Shown here in pieces: positions 8,827-18,861 of a stretch of DNA of 64,000 nucleotides (position 1 is its first letter; each line of letters opens with the position of its first letter). The notes below the pieces were generated by a model. That model ran no database searches. It was not told where the DNA came from and was given only the letters and a program-made list of their open reading frames with translations. Made by a program: the position numbers and the translations under genes. The DNA is taken from positions 29,061 through 93,060 of the forward strand of contig DATGHZ010000031.1 in assembly GCA_035307565.1 (NCBI GenBank), read 5' to 3'. Source of the stretch: a bacterium (lineage in GTDB: Bacteria; Sysuimicrobiota; Sysuimicrobiia; Sysuimicrobiales; Segetimicrobiaceae).

Positions 8827-9667
8827 GCGAGGACTCGGACGCGGCCTGGACGCCCTGATCCCCGGTGCGCCCGCCGAAGCCATTGGATCCGCCACCGAAA
8901 TCGACGTCTTCCGCATCGGGCCCAACCCGTTCCAGCCGCGCCGCGAGATAGCCGGGCCCGAGTTCGACGAGTTGGTCGCGTCCGTGCGCCAGCACGGAGT
9001 CCTCCAGCCGGTGATCGTCCGGCCTAAGGATGCCGGGTATGAGCTCGTGGCGGGCGAGCGGCGGTGGCGGGCCGCCCGAGACGCCGGCCTCGTGACGATC
9101 CCGGCGGTCGTCAGGGACGTTGGGGACCGGGAGATGCTGGAGCTGGCGTTGGTCGAGAACCTGCGCCGGGAGAACCTGAATCCGGTCGAGCGCGCGGCCG
9201 CGTACCGGCGGCTCTCCGATGAATTTCAGATGACGCAGGACCAGGTCGCCGAAACGGTCGGCTCGAGCCGGTCCGCCGTCGCGAATACGCTCAGGCTGCT
9301 GGACCTGCCTGCAGAGGTGCAAAGCGCGCTCGCGCAGGGCCGCATCAGCGAGGGGCACGGCCGCGCGCTGCTCATGGCGCCCGACACCCCGACGCTGCTT
9401 GAGATCTGGAAGGCCGTTGAAGAGAAGGCGCTCTCGGTTCGGGACACGGAGGCGATCGTCCACGGACGGCTCCGGCGTGTTTCACGTGAAACATCGGTGC
9501 GGCGGGGCCGGCGGCGTGATCCTCAACTCGCCGACCTCGAGGTTCAACTCAGGGAGCGCTACAGCACAAGCGCGGCGATCCGCGGTAACGGGACGCGCGG
9601 CGCCGTCGAACTGCGTTATTACTCCTCGCAAGACTTGGAGCGATTGATCGACCTGCTTCTCCGCTAG
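8819..9667 (+). CDS. parB: Chromosome partitioning protein ParB/Spo0J
   Basis: Internal ATG in track ORF 8459..9667: MIKRGLGRGLDALIPGAP...; ParB box GERRWRAA; HTH; overlaps the parA stop. Confidence 0.92.
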   Translation: MIKRGLGRGLDALIPGAPAEAIGSATEIDVFRIGPNPFQPRREIAGPEFDELVASVRQHGVLQPVIVRPKDAGYELVAGERRWRAARDAGLVTIPAVVRDVGDREMLELALVENLRRENLNPVERAAAYRRLSDEFQMTQDQVAETVGSSRSAVANTLRLLDLPAEVQSALAQGRISEGHGRALLMAPDTPTLLEIWKAVEEKALSVRDTEAIVHGRLRRVSRETSVRRGRRRDPQLADLEVQLRERYSTSAAIRGNGTRGAVELRYYSSQDLERLIDLLLR

Positions 9668-11196
9668 ACGCTCGTGACGTACTCGGACTGCTCGGCCGGC
9701 TGACCGGAGCGGTTCGAGAGCAGCCGGCGGAGCGCGACCGACAGCCTTCGCACGCCTTCGGCCAGAATATCTTCCGGCTTATCGGCAAACGATAGCCGCA
9801 GTCCCGATGGCGGCGGTGTGTGCGGTAGGAACAGATCGCCGAGGCCGCACGCGACCCCCTCTTTGAGCGCCTCGGTGAAGGCTTCGCGGGCCGGGATCTC
9901 GGGAGGCAGGGTTAGCCAGAGGTTAAATCCGGCCGTCGGCCGCGTCCAACTGACGCCGACCGGCATAGAGGCTTCGAGCATGCGCAGTACCGTGTCCCGG
10001 CGGCGCCGGTAGGTGTCTCGCGCCAGGCGCAAGTCTCTCGCGTACTGCTTCGACGACAGATACCGCCAGAGCGTCCGCTGGATTAACGGTGAAGTGAACC
10101 GGTCCATCACGAGCTTGGCCTCGATGAGCCTGGCGACGATCGGTCCGTGCGCGACAATACAGCCGACGCGAAGACCCGGGATCACCGTCTTCGAGAAACT
10201 CCGGACAAAGACGACATGGCCGCCGGAATCATAGGCCTTGACCGCCGCCGGCGCCTCACCGTCGTAGGAAAACTCACTGCACGTGTCGTCTTCCAGGATA
10301 AGAAGATTGTGCTGCCGGGCAAGCGCGGCGAGCCGCCTCCGCCTGTCATCGCTCATGACGACGCCGGTCGGATTGTGGGCGGTCGGAATGGTATAGATCA
10401 GCCTCGGCCGGTATCGTTCCACGAGAGCTGCCGCCGCGTCGACCCGCATGCCGTCGGCATCGACCGGTATGCCGATCAGTTTCGCCCCGCGGCCTTCAAA
10501 GATGTCGAGCGCGGTCAGGAAAGTCGGGCTCTCCACGAGGACGTGATCTCCGGGCGCCGCGAACGTTCGCGCGATCAGGTCGATCGCCTGTTGAGACCCT
10601 GAGGTGACGAGCACCTCATCCGCCCGGGCGGTGATGCCCGCAGAGGCGCCAAGGCCGGCGATCCAGGCCCGCAGACTCGGATCCCCCTGCGGGGACCCGT
10701 ACTGCAGGAACTTCGGGTCCTCGACAGCGAGAGCACGGTGCCAAAGCCGGCCGAGTGCTCTGACGGGAAACAGCGTGGGGTCGGGGATGCCGCCCGCGAG
10801 CGAGATCACGGCCGATCGGACGGCCGGCCTCAGAAGCGTCTCCATGGCTGTAAGGCGTGGGGCCCGAAGATGCACGGGAAGAGAAGACTGCCATTCGGTA
10901 TCGTTCGTGGCAACGATTGTTTCACGTGAAACAAGGGACTGCGACGGTGCGGCCTGCGGACTGCCGGCGAATGTTCCCCGGCCGACGGCGGCTTGAACGA
11001 GTCCGTCCGCGGCCAAGACCTGGTAGGCCTGCACGACCGTGATGAGGCTGACGTCGAGCTGTCTCGCCAACTCGCGAACCGAGGGCAAACGGTCACCCTG
11101 GGCGATCCGCCCGCTCCGGATCAACGAGGCGATACCGGCGTGCAGTTGCCGGTAGAGAGGGGTATCCGAATTTCGCGTAAGCTGAATCACGTCCAC
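9664..11196 (-). CDS. pdxR: MocR/GntR-family regulator with aminotransferase-like (PLP) domain, PdxR-like
   Basis: Track ORF, 510 aa; N-terminal GntR HTH (MDVIQLTRNSDTPLYRQLHAGIASLIRSGRIAQGDRLPSVRELARQLDVS) plus fold-type I aminotransferase domain. Divergent from the pdxS-pdxT locus, like PdxR. Confidence 0.85.
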   Translation of the reverse strand: MDVIQLTRNSDTPLYRQLHAGIASLIRSGRIAQGDRLPSVRELARQLDVSLITVVQAYQVLAADGLVQAAVGRGTFAGSPQAAPSQSLVSRETIVATNDTEWQSSLPVHLRAPRLTAMETLLRPAVRSAVISLAGGIPDPTLFPVRALGRLWHRALAVEDPKFLQYGSPQGDPSLRAWIAGLGASAGITARADEVLVTSGSQQAIDLIARTFAAPGDHVLVESPTFLTALDIFEGRGAKLIGIPVDADGMRVDAAAALVERYRPRLIYTIPTAHNPTGVVMSDDRRRRLAALARQHNLLILEDDTCSEFSYDGEAPAAVKAYDSGGHVVFVRSFSKTVIPGLRVGCIVAHGPIVARLIEAKLVMDRFTSPLIQRTLWRYLSSKQYARDLRLARDTYRRRRDTVLRMLEASMPVGVSWTRPTAGFNLWLTLPPEIPAREAFTEALKEGVACGLGDLFLPHTPPPSGLRLSFADKPEDILAEGVRRLSVALRRLLSNRSGQPAEQSEYVTSV

Positions 11197-11307
11197 CAGT
11201 TACCACTCCCGCAGAAACACGAGTCACGACTCCCGAAGAAACCCAGCGTTCTCACGACGGGCGCCCCTTCTGCGTCCGCTAAACTCGACCAAATTGGTGC
11301 TGCACGA

Positions 11308-11328
11308 TTGTCAATAATAATATTGACC
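11308..11328. promoter_or_regulatory. Inverted repeat TGTCAATA-N4-TATTGACC in the AT-rich divergent promoter region (candidate PdxR operator)
   Basis: ttgtcaataataatattgacc at 11308..11328, 7/8 palindromic arms. Lies in a markedly AT-rich 270 nt spacer between the divergent MocR regulator and the HD/pdxST genes. Confidence 0.45.
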
Positions 11329-11468
11329 AAATCGTATCTCTAGATTATAAGGGATAGTACCATGTTCAGCAGGTTAGTCAACGTGTGTTACTATATACAC
11401 ATAGGGTCGGTACGAGCGGGTGCTATGCTGGTGCCTGTGAAAGGTCGCGCCGGGAGGGTGGGGACGAC

Positions 11469-12059
11469 GTGACGCGCGAGGAGGCGTGGGCGTTACTGGT
11501 CGCCGAGACGCCGTCGGTCAACCTCCAGAAGCACATGCTCGCCGTCGAGGCCGTGATGCGGGCGTATGCTCACCGCTTCGGCGAAGACGAAGACACATGG
11601 GGCCTTGTGGGGCTGCTCCACGACCTGGATTACGAGAGGCACCCCTCGCAGGAGGCCGGCCACCCGTTTGTGTGCGTGGAACTTCTTCGCCGGCGCGGCG
11701 TGCCGGAGGCGCTGTGCCGCGCCATCCTCTCACATGCCGACTACAGCGGCGTCCCGAGGGAGAGCCGCATGGAGAAGGCGCTCTTCGCGGCCGACGAGCT
11801 GTCCGGATTCGTCATCGCGGTCGCGCTCGTCCGGCCGTCGCGGGCCATCGCCGAAGTCGACGTCCCCGCGGTTTTGAAGAAGATGAAGGACAAAGCGTTT
11901 GCCCGCGCCGTGCGGCGTGAGGACATCGTGCGCGGCGCCGAGGAGCTGGGGTTGCCGCTTGACGAGCATATCGGGGTCGTCATTCAAGCGTTGAAGGGCA
12001 TCGCGCCGGAGTTGGGGTTGAACGGCGCCCGGGCGAGCGCATCGGCCGGGAACACTTAG
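11469..12059 (+). CDS. HD-domain phosphohydrolase (HDIG-like)
   Basis: GTG internal to track ORF 11385..12059; HD motif ...[50 protein letters not shown]...; directly upstream of pdxS, same strand. Confidence 0.75.
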   Translation: MTREEAWALLVAETPSVNLQKHMLAVEAVMRAYAHRFGEDEDTWGLVGLLHDLDYERHPSQEAGHPFVCVELLRRRGVPEALCRAILSHADYSGVPRESRMEKALFAADELSGFVIAVALVRPSRAIAEVDVPAVLKKMKDKAFARAVRREDIVRGAEELGLPLDEHIGVVIQALKGIAPELGLNGARASASAGNT

Positions 12060-12084
12060 CGCGCCACGCCGAGGGAGGCAAACG

Positions 12085-12969
12085 ATGGCAGAGGTCGGAA
12101 CGGTCAAGCTGAAGCGGGGTCTGGCCCAGATGCTGAAGGGCGGCGTCATCATGGACGTGACGACCGCGGATCAGGCGAAGATCGCCGAGGACGCCGGTGC
12201 CTGCGCCGTGATGGCGCTCGAGCGCGTTCCCGCCGACATCCGCAAGGAAGGCGGCGTCGCGCGGATGGCGGACCCGCTCAAGATCAAGGAGATCATGGAA
12301 ATCGTGACCATCCCGGTCATGGCGAAGGCGCGGATCGGGCACTTCGTGGAGGCCCAGGTCCTCGAAGCGCTCGGCGTCGACTACATCGACGAAAGCGAAG
12401 TTCTGACGCCGGCCGACGAGCGGTACCACATCAACAAGCACCTGTTCAAAGTGCCGTTCGTATGCGGCTGCCGCGATCTCGGCGAAGCGCTGCGCCGGAT
12501 CGGCGAGGGCGCCGCGATGATCCGGACGAAGGGTGAAGCCGGCACGGGGAACATCGTGGAGGCCGTGCGCCACATGCGCGCGGTGATGGACGGGATTCGG
12601 ATTCTACAGGCGACGCCGGAAGAGGAGCTCATGACCGCCGCCAAGGAGCTCGGTGCGCCATACGAGCTGGTCGTCGAGGTCCGGACCCTCGGCCGTCTCC
12701 CGGTCGTGAATTTCTCGGCGGGCGGCATTGCCACGCCGGCCGACGCGGCGCTCATGATGCAGCTCGGCTGCGACGGGAACTTCGTCGGCTCCGGCATCTT
12801 CAAGTCGGACGACCCGGCCAAGCGGGCCAAGGCCATCGTCGAGGCGACGACCCACTTCAAGGACCCCGACGTGGTGGCGCGGGTCTCCGAGGGTATCGGC
12901 GAACCGATGAAGGGCCTCGACGTCCGCAAGCTGCCCGAGGGCGAACTCCTGCAGACGCGGGGCTGGTAG
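12085..12969 (+). CDS. pdxS: Pyridoxal 5'-phosphate synthase subunit PdxS
   Basis: Track ORF, 294 aa; [53 protein letters not shown]... is highly conserved PdxS. Confidence 0.97.
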   Translation: MAEVGTVKLKRGLAQMLKGGVIMDVTTADQAKIAEDAGACAVMALERVPADIRKEGGVARMADPLKIKEIMEIVTIPVMAKARIGHFVEAQVLEALGVDYIDESEVLTPADERYHINKHLFKVPFVCGCRDLGEALRRIGEGAAMIRTKGEAGTGNIVEAVRHMRAVMDGIRILQATPEEELMTAAKELGAPYELVVEVRTLGRLPVVNFSAGGIATPADAALMMQLGCDGNFVGSGIFKSDDPAKRAKAIVEATTHFKDPDVVARVSEGIGEPMKGLDVRKLPEGELLQTRGW

Positions 12970-12974
12970 TTCTC

Positions 12975-13589
12975 GTGACGGCGCGCGGAGCCACGCACAA
13001 CGGCGCGGCGCCGAGGATCGGCGTCCTCGCCCTTCAGGGCGACGTGATCGAGCACGTCACGATGCTCCGGGGGCTCGGCGTCGAGGCGATCGAGGTCCGC
13101 ACGCCCGAGGATCTCGCGAAGGTCGATGCGCTGATCATTCCCGGCGGCGAATCGACGACGATCGGGAAGCTCGCGGTGGAGTACGGTCTCGACCGCGCGA
13201 TCCCGGCGCGGGTGCGGGAAGGTATGCCGGTCTACGGCACCTGCGCGGGGATGATCGCCCTGTCGAGGGAGGCGCGCGGCGGCGAGCCGCCGCTGCTGCG
13301 GTTGATGAACATCAGGGTCCGGCGCAACGCGTACGGGCGGCAGGTGGACTCGTTCGAAACGGACCTGCAGATCCCGGCGCTCGGCGGACCGCCGCTCCAC
13401 GCCGTCTTCATCCGGGCGCCGGTGATCGAGAGCGTGGGGCCGGACGTCGAGGTGCTCGCGTCGCTCGACGGCAAACCGGTGTTGGCCCGCCAGGGCAACG
13501 TGCTCGTCTCGGCGTTCCATCCCGAACTGACCACCGACTCCCGCGTGCACCGCTATTTCGTCGAGATGTTGAAAAAGAAGAAGAACTAA
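12975..13589 (+). CDS. pdxT: Pyridoxal 5'-phosphate synthase glutaminase subunit PdxT
   Basis: Track ORF, 204 aa; class I glutamine amidotransferase (...IGVLALQGDV...PVYGTCAGMI...FHPE); directly follows pdxS. Confidence 0.93.
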   Translation: MTARGATHNGAAPRIGVLALQGDVIEHVTMLRGLGVEAIEVRTPEDLAKVDALIIPGGESTTIGKLAVEYGLDRAIPARVREGMPVYGTCAGMIALSREARGGEPPLLRLMNIRVRRNAYGRQVDSFETDLQIPALGGPPLHAVFIRAPVIESVGPDVEVLASLDGKPVLARQGNVLVSAFHPELTTDSRVHRYFVEMLKKKKN

Positions 13590-13605
13590 CGCGTCGTCGA
13601 GCGAC

Positions 13606-14907
13606 ATGGTCCGGCCTTTCACCTTTTCCGCCGCCGGCGACGCGCTCATCACGCAGCGCATCGCGTCCCGCGATCCCGGATTTTTGCGCCTGGCCGATGT
13701 GATTCGCGCCGCCGACGCACGCTTCGTCAACCTCGAGGGAACGCTCCACAACTTCGAAGGCCATCCGCAGGCCACAAGCGGCGGGACCTACGTCTGCGGG
13801 TCTCCCGCGATCATCGACGACCTCAAGGCGCTGGGCTTCAATCTCTACTCCGTGGCCAACAACCACATGACCGACTGGGGCGAGGGCGGGATTTTTGGGA
13901 CGCTCGCGACCCTCGAGCGGGCCGGCGTGGTCTACGCCGGACTGGGCCGGCATCTCGCGGAAGCCCGCACGCCGCGCTATCTCGAAACATCCGCCGGACG
14001 CGTCGCGCTGCTGGCGCTCACGAGCACGTTTCCGCCGGGCGCGTACGCCGGCGAGCAGCGGCCCGACTGTCAGGGGCGCCCCGGGATCAATCCGCTACGC
14101 TTCGACACGACGATCGTCGTCGATCGTGCGACGCTCGATGCGGTCGCGGCCGCCGACCGGCGGGTTCACTTCAGCGCGCCGCGGCAGCACTCGATTCAAC
14201 TGGGCTTTCAGCGGCCTGATCCGGACGGCATCACGTCGATCTTCGGGCAGCGCTTCACGGCGGGCGACACCCCGGGGATCCACACCGCGCCGCACGCGGC
14301 CGACCTGGCCGGCAACCTGGCGTGGATTCGCGACGCGCGCCGGCAGGCGGAGTGGGTCGTCGTCAGCGTGCACGCCCACGAGCAGCAGAACGGCGATTAC
14401 GAACGGCCGGCGGAATTTATCCCCGCGTTCTGCCGCGCCGCGGTGGACGCCGGCGCCGACCTCGTAGCCGGCCACGGCCCACACATCCTCCGCGGCATGG
14501 AGGTCTACCGCGGCAGGCCGATCTTCTACAGCCTGGGCAACTTCATCTTTCAGAACGAGACGCTGTGGCGCCAGCCGCAGGACTTCTACGAGCGCCTCGG
14601 GCTGCCGCCCACCGCCACGCCCGCCGACTTGTTCGATGCCCGCTCGGCGAAGGGCGGCTTCGCCGCGGACCCGGCGTACTGGGAGAGTGTCGTGCCGGTC
14701 GTCCGGTTCAGTGACGGGCAAAGCCCGCGCCTCGACGAGATCCGGCTGCATCCCGTCACGCTCGGCCACGGCCTCCCGCGCTGGCAGCGCGGCAGTCCCG
14801 TGCTCGCGTCCGCCGAGTCGGGGCGTGCCATCATCGAACGGGTCGCGCGCCTCTCGCCGTCGTGCCGGATCCGCTGGGACAAGGATGGGTTTGGGATCGT
14901 GAACTGA
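13606..14907 (+). CDS. CapA/PGA_cap family metallophosphoesterase-like protein
   Basis: Track ORF, 433 aa; ...FVNLEGTLHNFEGHPQATSGGTYVCGSPAIIDDLKALGFNLYSVANNHMTDWGEGG... matches the CapA family. Confidence 0.75.
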   Translation: MVRPFTFSAAGDALITQRIASRDPGFLRLADVIRAADARFVNLEGTLHNFEGHPQATSGGTYVCGSPAIIDDLKALGFNLYSVANNHMTDWGEGGIFGTLATLERAGVVYAGLGRHLAEARTPRYLETSAGRVALLALTSTFPPGAYAGEQRPDCQGRPGINPLRFDTTIVVDRATLDAVAAADRRVHFSAPRQHSIQLGFQRPDPDGITSIFGQRFTAGDTPGIHTAPHAADLAGNLAWIRDARRQAEWVVVSVHAHEQQNGDYERPAEFIPAFCRAAVDAGADLVAGHGPHILRGMEVYRGRPIFYSLGNFIFQNETLWRQPQDFYERLGLPPTATPADLFDARSAKGGFAADPAYWESVVPVVRFSDGQSPRLDEIRLHPVTLGHGLPRWQRGSPVLASAESGRAIIERVARLSPSCRIRWDKDGFGIVN

Positions 14908-14954
14908 CCGGCGGCCGCCGGCGCATCGAAACGTCCGACTCTAACGGGCCGGAC

Positions 14955-15878
14955 TTAGCGGAACCAGCCCCGCGCCGCGCCGACCAACAGCAAGACTCCC
15001 AGCAGGACGCGATACCAGGCGAACACCCAGCTCGTGTGGTTTCGCAGGTAGCGGACCAGCGCCCACAGCGCCGCGTACGCGGCCGCCGACCCCGAGACCA
15101 GGCCGAGCAGCAGCAGTTCCCAGCCGTGCGCGTGCAGGCCGGCCTTGCGCAGCTGCCAGAGTTCGAAGAGGCCCGCCAGCACGATCGCCGGTACGCCGAG
15201 CAGGAAGGAGAACCACGCGGCGGTCGCCCGCTCCATGCCGAGCCCGAGCGCGGCCGTCAGTGTCGAGCCGGAACGCGAGACGCCCGGGATCAGGGCGAAA
15301 GCCTGTGCGATCCCGACCCAGATGCCGTCGGAAAAGCGCAGGTCGTTCCATGTGCGGCGGCCGCCCCGGCTGCCCCGCTGGCCCGTCCACTCGGCGAGCG
15401 CGAGCAGCAGGCCCATCACGATGCACGCCCACCCGATGACCGCGATCCCGCGCAGCGGTGAGTCGCACTGGTTGAGCCGCTTCTGCAAAATTAGGCCCGC
15501 GATCCCGATCGGAATGGTGCCGATCAGGATGCTCGCCGCCATGCGCAGCGAGTGGTCGCGCCAATTGTTTCGCGAGAGCGCCGCCGCCGCTTCCCCGGTG
15601 ACGCGCGTGAGGTCGGGCCACAAAAACGTAAGCACCGCCACGAGGCTCGCGAGCTGCATCGCCGCGGAGAACGCGGAGCCGGGGTCGGGCCAGTGGAGCA
15701 GGGCGGGTACGATGCGAAGATGCGCCGTGCTGCTGATCGGAAGCAGCTCGGTGATACCTTGGACGATGCCGAGGACGAAGACCTTCCACGCGCCGAGGTT
15801 GACGAAGTTGATGCTCACTTGGGCCGCCTGTGCGCAGGCGGCGCTGGCGAGCGGTGCCGTGGAGGTCGCCGGTGACAT
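14955..15878 (-). CDS. uppP: Undecaprenyl-diphosphatase UppP/BacA
   Basis: Track ORF; ...WKVFVLGIVQGITELLPISSTAHLRIVPALL... (UppP signature), multi-TM. The true start may be the internal GTG (VSINF...) about 60 nt downstream. Confidence 0.88.
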   Translation of the reverse strand: MSPATSTAPLASAACAQAAQVSINFVNLGAWKVFVLGIVQGITELLPISSTAHLRIVPALLHWPDPGSAFSAAMQLASLVAVLTFLWPDLTRVTGEAAAALSRNNWRDHSLRMAASILIGTIPIGIAGLILQKRLNQCDSPLRGIAVIGWACIVMGLLLALAEWTGQRGSRGGRRTWNDLRFSDGIWVGIAQAFALIPGVSRSGSTLTAALGLGMERATAAWFSFLLGVPAIVLAGLFELWQLRKAGLHAHGWELLLLGLVSGSAAAYAALWALVRYLRNHTSWVFAWYRVLLGVLLLVGAARGWFR

Positions 15879-16004
15879 TGCGCCGAGCAGGACACTTCGT
15901 GCCTGACCGCGGCGTGCCCTTTGCGGGACACACGTGGGATGTCACCGAACTCGTCGCACCGGGCGCCGATACGGCGCGCGCAGATCGCTCCTGGGAGGAC
16001 ACGA

Positions 16005-16856
16005 ATGGCGGAGTTCGTCGCATCGCGTCGAATCGGCGAGGCCGTCGTAACCGTCATCTCGGACGGCACACTGCGGTGGGCGCCGAAGTTCCAGATCTCG
16101 GAGGGCGAACGTCGCCGCGCGATGCCGGATGCCGATGAAAGCGGCACACTCACGCTTGGACTCAACCTGGCGCACGTCCGCCTCGGCGACGCGTCGATCG
16201 TCATCGATCCGGGCCTGGACGAGCCGTCGTCGGCGTGGGCCGGGGAGTTTGCCGCCAAGTGGCCGGGCCTGACGCGCACGCCGGGCCTCGGGGCCGCGCT
16301 GCGGCGGATCGGGGCGGCGCCCGGCGACGTGACGCACGTGCTGATCACCCACGCCCACGAAGACCACCTGGCCGGGGTCGCCGCGGGACAGGGGCCGAAC
16401 CTCACGCTCCGGTTTCCCAACGCCCGGCACGTCATCGGCCGGCGCGATTGGGAAGAACATCCCGCGCGCGGCAACCCCGACAGCGCGCTCGTCCGCCGCC
16501 TCGGGCTGGCGGCACAGCGAGGTCTGCTCGAGACGGTGGATGAGGCGCGGGAGGTCGCGCCGGGGGTGACCGTGATCCCCGCGCCCGGCGAAACGGCCGG
16601 GCACTGCATCGTCCGCGTCGTGTCGGGCGGCCGGCGGTTTTACTATCTCGGCGACCTCTTCCACCTGTCGTGCGAAGTGGAGCACGTGGAGTGGGCGCCG
16701 CCGAACCGCGATGTCGCCGCGCTCGCGTTCTCCCGGCGGGCATTACTCGCCGAAGCGGCCGCGCACGACAGCCTGCTCGTGTTCTCGCACGACCGGTTCC
16801 CGGCCTGGGGCCGGATTACGGGGTCGGGCGACGGCTATGGCTGGCGGCGGGATTGA
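16005..16856 (+). CDS. MBL-fold metallo-hydrolase
   Basis: ATG with RBS gggagga internal to track ORF 15921..16856; HxHxDH motif VLITHAHEDHLAGV. Confidence 0.8.
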   Translation: MAEFVASRRIGEAVVTVISDGTLRWAPKFQISEGERRRAMPDADESGTLTLGLNLAHVRLGDASIVIDPGLDEPSSAWAGEFAAKWPGLTRTPGLGAALRRIGAAPGDVTHVLITHAHEDHLAGVAAGQGPNLTLRFPNARHVIGRRDWEEHPARGNPDSALVRRLGLAAQRGLLETVDEAREVAPGVTVIPAPGETAGHCIVRVVSGGRRFYYLGDLFHLSCEVEHVEWAPPNRDVAALAFSRRALLAEAAAHDSLLVFSHDRFPAWGRITGSGDGYGWRRD

Positions 16857-16877
16857 ACGAGCGTCTCCGCGTCCCGG

Positions 16878-18152
16878 TCAGCGCAGGTCCCTGAGGCGGA
16901 AGTAGGCCCCGACGAACGGAAGGAACCACGCGGTTCCGGAATACGTGGGGAACGCCCGGGCCTTCAGGCGCCGCCACGGGTTGGCCTCTGGATGCCCGTT
17001 CATCACCTCCGCCATCCGGGCGCCCATGAGCGAGGCCATTTGCACGCCGTGGCCGGAGTACCCCATCGAATAATACAGCCCGCCCAGTTGCCCGGCGTGC
17101 GGCATCCGGTCCCAGCTGATGCCCACGTGGCCGCCCCAGGCGTAGTCGATGCGCGTCCCGGCGAGCTGCGGGAAGATCTTCAGCATGTCGCGGTGGAGAA
17201 TGCCCGCGCTCTTGCGGTCGGACGCGGGATTGGAGAGCGCGAACCGCGCCCGGCCGCCGAACAGAAGCCGGTGATCGGGCGTCAGCCGGTAGTAGTGGCT
17301 GACGTGCTTCGTGTCCACGACCATCCGGCCGTGGGGGATGAGGTTGCGCGCACGCTCTTCTCCCAGCGGCCCGGTCACGATGATGAAACTACCCACCGTC
17401 ACCATCCGCCTCCGGAGCCCCCGAAACACACCGTCCGTGTAGGCGTCTGTGGCGAGCAGCACCTGCCGAGCGGACAATGGGCCTCGCGACGTAGAGACGC
17501 GGTAGCCGCCGTCTGGCTGCCGTCTGACGGCGGTGACCCGGGCCCTCTCGTGGAGGCCCGCGCCCGCGCGCTCCGCGACCTCAGCCAGCCCGCGCACATA
17601 CCCTCCGGCGTGCAGTCCGGCGCTGAGCGGGTCGAGCAGGGCACCGTAGTAATAGTCCGACCCGATCTCACCGCGAAGTTCCGCCGGGCCGATCAGCACG
17701 GTCTTGTGGCCGAACGCGTCGGCCAGGAGGCGCTGCGCCGCCTTCTGGTGCTCGTGATGCGCCGGCCGGGACGCCACCCCCAGCCGTCCCGCGCGCCGGA
17801 AGTCGCAGTCGATGCCTTCGTCGCGCACGAGGCGTTCGACGAAATCGACCGCGTCGAGATAGGCACGGTGGTATTCGCGCGCCGCGTCGAGTCCGTAACG
17901 CGCGACCGCGGCGCCGGCCCCGACCGCCACACCGGTGGTGCACATGCCGCCGTTTCGGCCTGAAGCGCCCGATCCGAACCGGTCCTGCTCGAGGACCGCG
18001 ACGGCGGCGCCCTTGCGCGCCAGCCGGATCGCGGCGTTCAGCCCGGTAATCCCGCCGCCGACGACGGCCACGTCGACGCGGTCCGGCACCGGCCGCCCGG
18101 ACCGGTCGGGAAACTCAGGCGCCGTGTCGAGCCAGTAGGGCGTCTCCTTCAC
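16878..18152 (-). CDS. FAD-dependent oxidoreductase (DAO/glycine-oxidase-like)
   Basis: GTG internal to track ORF 16878..18545 gives VKETPYW...VDVAVVGGGITGLNAAIRLARKGAAVAVLEQDRFGSGASGRNGGM (Rossmann GxGxxG). The first 131 aa of the track ORF are a GC-rich extension. Confidence 0.8.
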   Translation of the reverse strand: MKETPYWLDTAPEFPDRSGRPVPDRVDVAVVGGGITGLNAAIRLARKGAAVAVLEQDRFGSGASGRNGGMCTTGVAVGAGAAVARYGLDAAREYHRAYLDAVDFVERLVRDEGIDCDFRRAGRLGVASRPAHHEHQKAAQRLLADAFGHKTVLIGPAELRGEIGSDYYYGALLDPLSAGLHAGGYVRGLAEVAERAGAGLHERARVTAVRRQPDGGYRVSTSRGPLSARQVLLATDAYTDGVFRGLRRRMVTVGSFIIVTGPLGEERARNLIPHGRMVVDTKHVSHYYRLTPDHRLLFGGRARFALSNPASDRKSAGILHRDMLKIFPQLAGTRIDYAWGGHVGISWDRMPHAGQLGGLYYSMGYSGHGVQMASLMGARMAEVMNGHPEANPWRRLKARAFPTYSGTAWFLPFVGAYFRLRDLR

Positions 18153-18159
18153 CGGACGG

Positions 18160-18861
18160 TCAGAGGTCGAGGAGCGCGGGAAGCCGCGCGAGATCCGGAA
18201 GCTCCTCGTACGGCAGGTAGGCACTGCTGCCGCGCCGGCCGCTGCGGTTGATCCAGACGCGGCGCATACCGAGTCCGTGCGTGGGAATGATGTCGTATTC
18301 AAAGCCCTGCGCGACGTGGATGACCTGATCGGGTGTCCGGCCGGTGACCCGCAGCGCATAGTCAAACGCCGCCCGCGATGGTTTGTAGGCCCGAGCCTGC
18401 TCCGCGGTGATGACGTAATCGAAGTGTACGCCGATCCGTTCGACGTTGCCGCGAATGAGATCGTCATCCGTATTGGAGATGATCGCGATCCGGTACCTTT
18501 CCTTGAGGCGGGCAAGCGCGGGCGGCACGTCCGGAAACGGTCCAAACGCCGGGACCGCGGCGACGAGCGCGTCTCCGTCCTCGCGGCGGTAGGGGAGACC
18601 GTGCAGGCGCATCGCGTGCTCCAGGCTCGCGCGGAGGACGTCCTTGTACGGCCGGTACGCTTCCAGCACCGCCTGAAAGCGCATCACGCGAAAGTCGCGC
18701 AGGAATTCCACCTCGTCGACACCGTCCATGCGGAGCCGTTCGTTGAGACTCGCACGCACGACGCGATCCAGATCGAAGGCGACGAGCGTGCCGTAGCAAT
18801 CGAACGTCACGAGGTTGGTCACGTCGCACCGGCGCTCCGCGCGTCGCGGATCGCCCGCCAC
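18160..18861 (-). CDS. HAD-superfamily hydrolase (haloacid dehalogenase type II-like)
   Basis: Track ORF; motif I LVTFDCYGTLV; start may be the internal GTG at 18822 (VTNLVTFD...). Confidence 0.75.
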   Translation of the reverse strand: MAGDPRRAERRCDVTNLVTFDCYGTLVAFDLDRVVRASLNERLRMDGVDEVEFLRDFRVMRFQAVLEAYRPYKDVLRASLEHAMRLHGLPYRREDGDALVAAVPAFGPFPDVPPALARLKERYRIAIISNTDDDLIRGNVERIGVHFDYVITAEQARAYKPSRAAFDYALRVTGRTPDQVIHVAQGFEYDIIPTHGLGMRRVWINRSGRRGSSAYLPYEELPDLARLPALLDL

